From: Glaucostegus cemiculus
Taxonomy: Eukaryota
Assembly (NCBI GenBank): GCA_976551045.1
Contig: CDPCPM010000060.1
Location: forward strand, 3,410,001-3,474,000
Direction of reading: 5' to 3'
DNA length: 64,000 nucleotides
Below are positions 50,508-61,555 of the stretch, piece by piece. How positions within the stretch are numbered: the first letter of the stretch is position 1; each line of letters begins with the position of its first letter. The notes beneath the pieces were generated by a model. The model was not told where the DNA came from. It searched no databases and saw nothing but the letters and a program-made list of their open reading frames with translations. The position numbers and the translations under genes are program-made.

Positions 50508-52011
50508 ATACATTCAAATGTAAGTCATTTATAAGCAAAATAATAATAGTAATGGCTCTCAATCTAAGTGCTGAGAGGGCAGCCGGTGCATGCACCTGTT
50601 GTTGTCTGGATGATAATAGGAGTTGTGGCAGAGGGCACTGGGTACATTAGTCAGGCATTGATACCATGCTGCTGAGACATCTGCCTACTTCTGTTGCCTT
50701 ACCTCATGCATTGAAAACTGTGGGAGGTATGAAAGTCATGAGATTTATTGTTGAATGAATCCAAAGTTCATGGACCTTCTGCACAAAGTTATTTGAGACA
50801 AATGTTTCACAACTCAGTGCCTGAGATGGTTATAAGATTATTGCCCCTTTGTGTTTGATTTTATTACAAATATGCAACAGAAAATAATTTCTTACTGAAG
50901 GAAAAAGACAGCAACCTTTCCCAGAAATTTCACTGAGTACCTCTGAGCATGAGTCATCCTTGCACCTTTGATGTAATTTCTTCATTGGGGCTCAAGAGAT
51001 CACATTATTCCCTCTGCAACAGTTCTCTTGGAGCATTGCAGAAAAACTTGGAGTACAATGTCCTGAGAGTGCATGTTGTTGGAACTCTGGAAGAACCAAG
51101 TTTCATTACCACAGCCTCAAGACATGGACGCCTGTCAGACAAGTAAATTATCTACTTTCGTCCTTCTGTGCTCACCCCAGTTCCCTATCACCCAACATCC
51201 ACACCCCCAAATTCCACATTGATTCTTCTGCTGCCCATAATCTCTGCACTAATTGTGCCAGCTCCAATCCATTCCTCCCGGCTTTCAGTATGTTGGTCAC
51301 AACACATGCCCAAATAGGCCCACGGCCATTAAATTCCATTCCCTCCCCCCACTACCATTGCTTCCCAAACCCAACGTCTGAAAGAAAAGTTGGATGTGTT
51401 ACATTTATATCAAAATTATACAATGAGGTTTGATCCTTGGGGGCAATTGAATTTTTTAGTGGCGGGCCAACAACTGATATGGTCATTGGCCCACTTAGCA
51501 GTCCCATTAAGGTGCACTATCATTTCTGGGCAATATATGTAAGTATATCCACAGATAGCCTCCACTGTACTTGTTAACCAGGGCATTATTTCCAAGATCA
51601 GTTACATGCTGAACAAGTTTTGACTGAAGCTTTTGTGGTTAGTTGCTTCATACACTGTGCTGTTACCCTGAGGAGATAATCCGGCATTATTTTGTCTTTA
51701 CTCAGTATAACTGTATTGAAACCGTAGCAAATTTTGTTTTTAAGGTATGGTTTTCTTTTGCAGTTTTACCTTGAAGACTTGACCCTTTGTTGGGTATATT
51801 TCACCAGACTTAACTGTCTTCATATTCTTCACCTGGTTTTCTTTCAAGTGTGAACATTGGCAATGATGTGAGGGAGGAATGTGTGCACAATCCTTTGCAA
51901 TTACATGTATGTGTTTCCAACAAGAGTTGTCAGTTCCTTGCATTGTGGGGCTCATTTAATTCCAAACCACAGAGAAAAAAATTCACAAAAGTGGTTAAAA
52001 TTGGACAAGAA

Positions 52012-52120
52012 AGGTCTGATGGAAGCTCCTTGACCTGAAACTTTAACTCTTTTCTTCTATCCACAGATGCTGCCTGACCTGAGATTTTCTAGCTTTTCCA
52101 GCATTTTCACTTTTTATTCA
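52012..52120 (+). mobile_element. Penelope-like terminus with decayed hammerhead core
   Basis: tctgatggaagctccttgacctgaaactttaactct...ccacagatgctgcctgacct...ttccagcatttt. Confidence 0.8.
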
Positions 52121-52269
52121 AGGATTCAGCCGAAAACTTGAGAATGGATAAGAAATTGGCTGAAGGTGTTATAGCAGATAGTTTCTTCAGGAAATATGCT
52201 GATGGATTATGGGGAGTGAAATGAGAATAATAAATAGTCCCATGGTGATGTTAAAACTTCAATTGTTTT

Positions 52270-53025
52270 AAATCTAATTTAGGAATGCAATGCAGATTAG
52301 CTAAATTTACACATGGCATCAAACTAGTAGGACCAGGTGCATCTGAGAAGGCAGAGAAATGCAGTGAGCTAGATAAATTATGGCAGCAAATAGATACAAT
52401 TTAATAGATTAAATATAAATCACTTTTCTTTAGGAAGAATAAATATGTAAACTAAATACTATACAAATTATGTCTGAATAGCTAAGGCTATTAATAAATT
52501 TGCCCCTCACCCTCAAAACACCAAAATACTGCAGAGCAATAATCAACAAAACAACCAAACACATCACTGCATAATCACAGCATGGAGTGCAAAATATAGG
52601 ACGTCATGGTCAAATAGAATTGTGTTTTTGTATAACTACTTCTTGAGACTATGTTCAATGCTCGTCACTGAGTTACAAGGGAGTTTAAGACTTGAGGGTG
52701 ATTTAAGGAAGAGCCGCAAGACTGATCCCTGACTGAGTTATGAGAAAAGACTGGAGAAAGTGGGCTTTGCAGCTCTGAAGCATGAATAAGAAGTGATCTC
52801 ACAGAAGTATATAAAACAGAAAAATATACTGAATGCTGTAGTGCAAGTAGAGCAACACTTCAGCTAAACTGTGACTTGAGAACACGTGCTTAGGATAGTA
52901 AAGGACAAATTTAAGATGTATGCCAGAAACATCCTTAGACACAATATGATTAACATAGGGAATGAATTCTGAGAGAAAAGGGTTGGAGATGAAACCCCTA
53001 GGATTATTTAAGAAACAGTGGGTTC
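52270..53025 (+). mobile_element. Very old CR1 ORF2 3' half
   Basis: aaatttacacatggcatcaaacta (KFADDTKL-like), gaagagccgcaagactgatccc, agttatgagaaaagactggagaaa, aagtgatctcacagaagtatataaaa. Confidence 0.7.
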
Positions 53026-53682
53026 CCCTGGATGAGAAAATATAATATTTTCCACATGTCTGTTAAGATAAATAGAATAACACTTTCATCTGTGTCTAAC
53101 GCGTGACTTTTCAGGAGTAATTAGGAGCAGTAACTATATCTGTTTCTGGCTTCAGTTTAAACTGGGGAGTGGGTCCAATTGTACCACTATTATTACCCAT
53201 CCAGCTGAGTTTAGTTAGCTCAGTAGTGACTGGAGATCAGAACTTCCCAGCCCATGTACTTCAGGCACTCTGTCAACCATGAATACTTGAAAACTATAAC
53301 ACCCAGCTGATCAAAATTAAAAATGTAACGAGCATTTGAACACATCCATGTTTGCCAAACTCAAGAGCAAAACAGATCTGGCCATTTAATTCAGCTTTGC
53401 TGGCTCCACCTGAATAAGAAAGTATTGCTGTCAAGCAGATTTTGAACCAAAATATTAATTGAATGGACTGGCTTCCCAAACTAGAAACCACCACCAACAT
53501 CTGCCACTTGTCTCAGCCTTGATGGAAAGTTCAAACTATTTTAAACAAATTAATCAAAAATGATGTCAGCTGGACTTGAGAAATGAGCTGTAATATTTAT
53601 TTCAGGCTGTACAATTTTTGTCAATGCTAGAACACGACACTTAATAAAGAAACTACAGTTCATGTGCAAAGGCTGCAACAAG

Positions 53683-54020
53683 GAAAGAAAGAAACATATT
53701 CATTTAGCACCTTATTACATCTCTTAGAAACAGTTCAAAGTATGTCATTTACAGTGAATTACTTCCTATAAGTGCAGTGGCTGTTGTTATTTGGGCAACT
53801 GCAGTAGTCATTTTGTATGGAGCAAGCTTGCATATCGAGCAGTGAAATGGATGAACACTTCAACTGCTTTTATTAACTATTGGCCAAGGCAGCAGAAAAC
53901 TCCCTGCTCTATTTTGAATGGTGTTGTAGGATCTTTACCAACCTAAACCATCAAAAAAGGCAGGTGAGAGTTTGTTTTTACACCTCAATTGAAAGATGAA
54001 ATATCTGGCAATACAGACCA
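53683..54020 (-). mobile_element. SacSINE1/Deu-type SINE 3' two-thirds
   Basis: aaagaaagaaac..tagcaccttattacatctct, gtgcagtggctgttgttatt, ttggccaagg..gaaaactccctgctct, ggatcttt. Confidence 0.75.
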
Positions 54021-55460
54021 TCTTTTACCAAACACTTAAAAAAAACTATTAAAAACAGATCTTTAAAAAATTCTAAACGGAGTTAGTGGTTACCTCTGTA
54101 AAGAAAAGTATGTGAAATATGAGGTCAAATTGAGATTTCAGGGTTTGAAAATGTGTGGACATGGGAAAGATCCCAAGCACGACTTGCTAATGGTTGAAGG
54201 AATCTGCGGTATCATTATCTTGTGCTTACTGGAACAAGTCAAACAGGCCTATGATTCGTAGCTGATACCATCTATCCTGCTATTGCTCTTCATTGCAGTC
54301 TCCTGCATATACCTGCTGTTCACAACTCTCATTCTGCTGATATTAAAGGACAGGGTTATGTTTGATTAATTTTGTCCAACAAGAGCTCGAGAGAAATGAC
54401 TAAGAAAAGTTACATTTTGTAATATTTAAAATTAGAAAATAGTGCTGAAAACAAATTTGGTGCGTGCATATTGAGGTTTGATAAGTAGATTTCCTGTCCC
54501 CTCTTTTCATGCACTGGTAAATTATTTGCATTAAAATATCAGATTAGAGAATAAGAACAGATAGAGTACACTCCAACCAAAGCTTTTAAACAAATTGTTG
54601 AATAATAAACTTGGAAATGTTGCACAAAAATATTTTTCAACATGCATCAATGTTTTGCAATAGAAAGGCATCAGCCAAGAGTTTCCATCTTAAGGTTTGA
54701 ACACTATTACATTTACTATTATATATTGTGAACAATTATTTACTTGTTCTCAGATGAAGGACACTAATGTTGTCTGGTTAAGATCCGCTGGTTATTTTCT
54801 AATCATTTCAAATATTGACTGATGTCCTCAAAATAGATTTGTTTTAATAAAATGAGCTTTATATCATGAAATAGAATCTGGTCTTAATAAACAAAACTAA
54901 ACGGTAACTTTGACATGAATTGTCATAGTTATGCAATTAGGAAGATTGAGTTCAAAAGGAAGCATTGGTGAGTGTAAGGAAATGTTAAATCGATTCACTG
55001 TTATGTACAGATGAATTTTAAAACCATAAGAACATAGCTTGCATTTTTTTGGATATGGATTGGTGCATAAGATTAGGGATCCATTATTAAGTTGTGGCTG
55101 CTTTATATGGTTACGTGTATTGTTTGTGAGGACTAGCATTACAGGTGAGGTGTTGTCTTTCCAATTGAGTTTAAATGCAAGTCCATAGAACATTTAATAT
55201 TATCAGAGCGACTTGATTCAAATAAATTGCCCTAGTTTTGTCAAGGTCTTTAAAAGACTTGTCTTTCAAAACATGTGGAAGTAACAAAAGAGATACACAA
55301 TTTTGGCCATTATCAATAGGTCTAAAGACCTGAAGACATAACAATTACACTGTCACTTAGATTTGATTTATTTTCATTTGAATAGCATTAAGAGATGGGA
55401 AGTCAAAGGGCATACTCTAACACCAAGTAACTTTCCACTACCCCTACTCAAATTTTTTTT

Positions 55461-55716
55461 TAAATTTTAAATTTTTTTTTATTTACAGCGTGGTAACAGG
55501 AACTTTCGGCCCAATGAGTCCGCGCCACCCATTTTAAACCCCCAAATTAACCTACCCGTACGTCTTTTAGAATGTGGGAGGAAACTGGAGCACCCGGAGG
55601 AAACCCACGCAGACACAGGAGAACGTACAAACTCCTTACAGTCAGCGACGGGAATTGAACCCCGATCGCTGATGCTGTAACAACGTCGCACTAACCACTA
55701 TGCTATCGTGCCGCCC
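55461..55716 (-). mobile_element. Young V-SINE (HE1-like) with CR1-type tail
   Basis: CpG-retaining; gggaattgaacccc B box, V-domain tgtgggaggaaactggagcacccggaggaaacccacgcagacac, tail tttacagcgtggtaacaggaactttcggccc. Confidence 0.92.
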
Positions 55717-55764
55717 ACTATGCTATCATAAAAGACAACAAGTAACAGAGATAGTAAGATGCTT

Positions 55765-55878
55765 CCCCAACCTAAACCAATCCCACATGCCAAACCATTC
55801 CTGCAGCCCAAACCATTCTTGCAGTTCAGACCTGTCCTGCATTCTAGAGCATCTACACAGCCCAAACTGTACCCACTA
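55765..55878. repeat. 18-bp tandem repeat, ~6 imperfect copies (CCCAAACCATTCCTGCAG)
   Basis: cctaaaccaatcccacat gccaaaccattcctgcag cccaaaccattcttgcag ttcagacctgtcctgcat tctagagcatctacacag cccaaactgtacccact. Confidence 0.75.
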
Positions 55879-57109
55879 TTGAAGAATACATGAGTGAATG
55901 GCCTACTATGAAACAAAAACGTGGTCATAAATCTCAAAAGATCAGAGATGTGTAAAATTTAGGGAAAATGTAAATCTTTGAATGTAATAATTTGAGACAC
56001 TTCATTAAATGTATCACAGCATCTTAATTTTACAAGTAAAAGCTGAATATATACAGTAAGGGGAAGAAAGATTTAAGAAATAATAAACTATGAATTTAGC
56101 TTATTTTAATTTGAAACAAACATTTGCTGAGTGCTTCATCTCTGGCTGGCATGGTGGGGGTGGGAGGGGGGTGGTTGAGGCTGAGATGAGTGAAAGCTGC
56201 CAGGTTGCAGGCACCACAGTATGGAATGAATTCAGCAGCCGAATTTACTGAAAAGTCAAAAATCTGTGCTGTATTAGTGGGACGCGCAGAAGCTGTGTTA
56301 ATTGCTAGCTTGTATTCCATATGGTTCTATTTTAACAGAGCACATTCAGTGCAGATGGTCGGAAAGTGAGTTGGACAGCTTCTAAACTGCCTCTGACTGA
56401 TTCATACTGTGAATTTTACTAAACTTTAATGTTTAACTGTTCTGTTTGTGGAATTCTTTAATGCATGGTTCTTTTAGCCCTGAAGTGAGAGCACAGTGCT
56501 GCCTAGTTAGCCTCCTTTGTTTAAACTTGGACTCAGTGAAAAGCAAATATTATGATATATGCAGTCATTCTTTTCCTTCTGTCTTGTATTTTTTTCCTTT
56601 CTCTTGTTCACTTCCGTCATGAACACTCACACAATACAGATTCAAACCACACCCTTAGTCTGAAAGAAAAAAAAGAGGACTTTTTCAAAAGAACAAAGTT
56701 TCAAAGTAATCCCTGGCTACATGGGGCTTTTGTGGTGTTGAGGTACAGAAGGCCAGGCAGGAGCACTGAAAGGTGCTGAAGAGCAATGCACAAACAATTC
56801 AGGCTGGAATTGTTCACACTTCAATGCCTTCACCTCTTTATTTGTGCACCACCCAAATAGGATCCTAGACCCACAGAGATTCTGAACCATTGCACATTCT
56901 TACTGCGCTTAAAAATCTGCTTGATCTTGTACGTACTATTTCCATTTAAATGTTTTATCAGATTTGTGCCCCTTAATAGCTTAGCCCAGAATGTGAATAC
57001 CTGAAGACAATTTGAGAGTTGGATGGGTTGGTGTCATTGTCCAAAAGCTGGCTCCATTCTGCCAGTGGCAATATTAACTCTCATTCTTGTTTTAAAATAA
57101 AACTTAAGC

Positions 57110-57225
57110 TTTTCTGCCTCCCCTTCTGAAGGAAGGGTTTGTACTGTGGGCCATTTCACAGGTTCTGGTGGCTCTTTAACACCTCACCCAAGTGTCTTCT
57201 TTTCTGTGAGTTTGGATAGTGTGGG
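57110..57225 (-). mobile_element. 3' end of the old SINE-like family seen at 36990
   Basis: cctccccttctgaagg...ttcacaggttctggtggctctttaacacctcacccaagtg. Confidence 0.5.
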
Positions 57226-59719
57226 GGAGTTTTGCTTCAAGGATTTAAGCAGTATCTGCTGAAACAAAATGTAGAAACCACCCCAATAGGTAAACTAGCA
57301 AGATAGCAAAGTTGAAAATTGCTTTTGATGGTCAAGACACAACTTATTTGGAAGTCTGATCCTGTTTGCAACTAAAATTTACATGATCAATCTTCTCAGA
57401 TTGTGATCTCATTCTGGAGCAATTACCTTGGCTGATCAGTTTCTTATCATAGGGGTACTGAGACCGATTTGTAGACCCTTATTACAGTTCTGGTTCTGCA
57501 CTTAAGGTTCACGCTGGTTGGGACTTGAAGCAGAGGAGGGAGTAAGTAAAGTCATTTTCTACAGTCCTCCCATAAACTCAGCTTTTTTAAAATATTTGGT
57601 CTTTGTTAGAGTTGCAGAGCTGCACGTGGTTTGGACTGGCTTGAGAAACTTATTTAGGAGTTACAGCTCTGTTAGAAAACATCTGAGCATCTTGACTCAT
57701 TCCAATGCATTGTTAAGTCAAACAGCGGTTCTTTCAGGTTAAGTAAAAATAGCATTGCAATAACATTGAGGCCACAGTAATATAGACAGTGTAGCAGGTG
57801 CTATCAGCATATAGCTGCAAAACTCACCAGTTGAGTTATCCTCAAAAGATGTAAGGTTGCATTATAATGGAAACTGTCCTCATTTTTGCCAGAGTGCAGA
57901 ATACTGAAGAAGAATGGAGACACATGAATGATATAATCAGAGTGGATTCTATGTTTGGTTACTTTTGTTAGATTTTGAATTGTGTCCATTCATGTCTGCA
58001 CATATTTATAATAAATATCTACCTTTCACTATTTTGCATTGCATCTTCTGAGGGAAAGTTAGCTAACAATTCAGTTTTGCACTCTAGTATAAAAAGGTGA
58101 CCATAGTAATTTATGCCTTGATTCCAAGCATTGAGTGTTAACATGTTTAAATCTTTTTTCTCGGATTAGGATGGAGAAGAAATGAAAAGGAAAAAAAATG
58201 TCTTTTCTAGTTGTAGAATTGAATGCATTGGGGTATCTGACTAGGAAAGGATCCAAGCCTTGGTTGTATTTATGAATCAGTGAACTTACCCCTCTTATTC
58301 TTGTAGTATTAGTTGTAGAATTAGTTCTGGAGAGGCAGTCTATACCAGAAGCAAGATCAAGTTAAGCCTTCATGCAGAATGTGCCCGCTTTTCACAATCA
58401 GTCACATAGAAATGGGAAAATTTGACTAATTTTCTTTCGCTCTGCCAAAATTCTACAAAATAGGAGTGAATGTGACATCATTTTGCCTTATGTAATGTAT
58501 AGTCACTTCAACGCATGTGAAATATTTTCCCTGATCTTTTACAATGCTGTGCCAGAACTTTGTAGCATTTTGCCAGTGGAATATTTTGCCTTATAATAAA
58601 TGATTACCTCTAGTTGTGTCTTTACTGCCTTCATGCGTTCTCGCACGTACCTCACCCATCTTTGCTGCCTTATTGTGTGACAATCTCTTAATCCTTTCAG
58701 CTATTTTGTTGAAATCAATCTCATTTTTAAGGAAAACAGAGATCCACATGAAAACAAGTGAAATTAGTGTTTCAGTGACAACAATGATAATGGGTGGAAG
58801 AAAAGGATAGAATCACAACAAAATGATATATCAGATATACAAGCTTTGAATGAAAACATCATTGGCAATGCATGTGATTTTTGATAGAAGTCCCAGCACT
58901 ATGTCCTAACGTGAATACTATAGAAGTGGAGCTGAAACAATCATTGGACTAACCTTAAATTCAAGCTCAGCTAATTAAAAATAAAGCCATGAAAAATGCC
59001 ATTACATAAAGGCTTGGGAGGACATGGAATGCACCACCCGATAAGGTAACAGACATTGAATCCATTCATGCCTTTGACATGTAAGGATAGTAAAGAAATC
59101 TGGGATCCAAATGTGTAATCTGGGCCCGATGAACAGGAGATCACTGATCCTAGGGTGCATCAAACTCTGGCCATAAAATAAGCTAATCCTTCTGCTCTAA
59201 TGCAAAAGTTAGCTTGTGTAAGTACTAGTGTGGTTCCACAAATGTTTAGTGTATGAAGCATTGTGACTGGAGGAGGGTCAAGCTTGAATTTAAGACTTGC
59301 TTAGTGACTTCAGATCTTCTCTCTCTTGATCTGCAATAAAAGAAGGGAATAGGTAGGGAGGAGTACAAGACAATACCAATGAGAACACATCACAGTCATT
59401 TTTTAGTCCATCAAGATGTATTGTCTCTAATACAGCAATGTATTGCTGATAGCTCTTTTGCATGAAGGCAAGCTGTTATGCTTGGTGAGAAATGGTACTC
59501 TATTCAGAGGATCTGATATATAGTTGAAAGCAATGGAGATGATGGTTCTTTTCACCAAACTATTGCAAAGTTTGTTCACAGGGTATGCCTTACAGCTAAC
59601 TGAGAGCATCTTCTATTAATGATTGACTTTTTATACGGGTACAGAAGTAATCTGGCAGGTGTTGCCTTCTGTAATTTGTCACCTGCCCTCTGAAGCCTAT
59701 GTGTAGTAACATGCAGTTG

Positions 59720-60160
59720 AAGGTTCAGTTATGTGACATGAACAGGCATCAATGACTTTGGACAATTTGCTAAGCAGTGTTGCAGCACTCAGTGAATTGA
59801 CACAAATGCCAGAAACTTTCATTCTGGACACCTTTGTATGAGCACGTACTTTATTGTATGTCTTTTCATTTCTTGTCCTTGGCTTCTACAGTTGTCATAG
59901 CAGGTGTGACTGCAGTGGGTCCCATAATTCCACAGTGGCCACCTATCCAGCCTTTAATGTTCTTCACTAAGAGGTTATCATGTGATGATAACTGTCAGAG
60001 TATCTAGCAGAAATATCGTTACACAATTCACTTTCAGAGGCTACAGCCCAGGGTTGTTTTTATTGAATGGAACCAGTTCCCTACTTGTGCAAGGATTGGT
60101 GTTTGCACCATGCACTTTGGAGAATGCAAGCAGTTGGTAAAAATGCAGAGCACCTTAATG
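59720..60160 (-). pseudogene. Second PIF/Harbinger (HARBI1-like) transposase fossil
   Basis: Collinear broken motifs: ALHFYQLLAFSKVHGA, WFHSIKT, ISARYSDSYH, KGWIGG..PLQSHLL, TYNKVRAHT, KLSKVIDACS..HN. Confidence 0.65.
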
Positions 60161-60695
60161 TTGTTGTCTGTTTCCTATGGGGATATTTTCAGTGTTTCAC
60201 CTTTTAAATGCCCCAAAGAGACCTTCACCAGATTTTAGAGTTACGGTAAGATAATGGAAATATGGAGGTGTGAGGTCAAATACTATGTTTAAAGAAGAAC
60301 CAGGCCTTTAATAAATAAAACCGTTGTTTCATTCGGAACTAATGTCAGTCAGTGAGAACAGAGGTGATGTGCAAATCAGTCGTGGTGCAGGGTAAAACAT
60401 AGGTGGCAGAGTTTTGGATAAGCTTACAGAGGCTAGAACATGATAAAAGGCTAGAAGTGCATTGGAAATGTCAAACAGAGATGGTAAAAACTGTAGATGA
60501 AGAATTTGATTGTAGATGAGTTGAAGCAGGGTAGAGTTAGTCAATGTTACAGAGGTGGAAATTGGTAGTCATCATGATAGTGTGGATATGTGGTAGTTCA
60601 TCCCAGGGTGAAATATAACATCAAGGTTTCAAACAATCTACCTTTCCTTGTCTGCAACTGAAGATTCTCTCTTTCTAGGATCTTTCTGTGTCTAG

Positions 60696-60862
60696 GACCT
60701 TAAACGTTAATGTTCTACCTGAAACGTCGACAGTTCCTTTCCTCCCACAGATGCTGCTCTACCTGCTGAGTTCTTTCAGCAGATTATCTGTTGTTTAATT
60801 GTTAACTTTGTTTCTCTTTTCATAGATGCTGCCCGACCTCCTGAATATTTCCAGCATTTTCT
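60696..60862 (+). mobile_element. Two nested Penelope-like termini
   Basis: gaccttaaacGTTAA [60711-60800: acctgaaacgtcgacag...cacagatgctgct] GTTAActttgtttctc...atagatgctgcccgacct...ttccagcatttt. Confidence 0.75.
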
Positions 60863-61407
60863 GGATTCATTGTAAACAATGTAGTTTAACTACTGACAGT
60901 TCCCAAGAAAAAATGGATGGCGAGATAAGTTTGCACCTTCAGTCTTTCCAAATAGTTGGTTGGTTCTGCTCCTTCTGTTAACATTAGACTAGTGGTCTAA
61001 AAAGGTAGAACTGGGTGGTAAAGTAGAGCTGGACAGCATTATGGAGCCTGGCATGGTATTTGGGTGTTGTCGACAGGTGGCATATAGACATGAAATACAC
61101 CAAGGATGGATCCTGGAGGATACCGGAGGAGAAAGCATGGAAGCAGAAAGAGAATCACTTGCATGTGATGCTGTAGCTATAAGTGATGGAAATGAACAGA
61201 ACCAGATGAATGCGTTCCCATCAGTTGGGTGATGGTGGAGAGAGAGTGGATGAGGATGAAGTACTCAAACGTGTCAAAAGTTGCAGTAAGGTCAAGAAGC
61301 TTGAAAACAGACCCTTGTCACAATCGAGTAGGGCATCATTTATAAATAGGCTTTGGCATATTGACAGGAAAGGAACCCGATTGGAGAGCCTATGAAATAA
61401 CACGATA

Positions 61408-61555
61408 ACATAAAAAACAGAAGCAGGGACAAGCCATTCAGGCCTTAGTGCCCGTGCCACCATTCAGTAAGTTCCTGGTGAAACTTTTACTTCAACACCC
61501 CTCTTCTATGCTAACTTATATCCCTTGATTCACTTAATATAGCAGTCAATCTCTG
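61408..61555 (-). mobile_element. CR1 3'UTR fragment
   Basis: acataaaaaacagaagcagggacaagccattcaggcc...ccaccattcagtaag...tatcccttgattc. Confidence 0.8.

Noticed and set aside
50940-51520. Possible further DNA-transposon remnants (also ~7450-7690, 14800-15020, 46940-47110)
   Set aside because: Composition suggests old MITE/Harbinger relics, but I could not pair TIRs or read transposase motifs
58208-58322. 13-nt direct repeat tagttgtagaatt ~100 bp apart
   Set aside because: AT-rich and short; no identifiable element between, so it cannot be supported as a TSD
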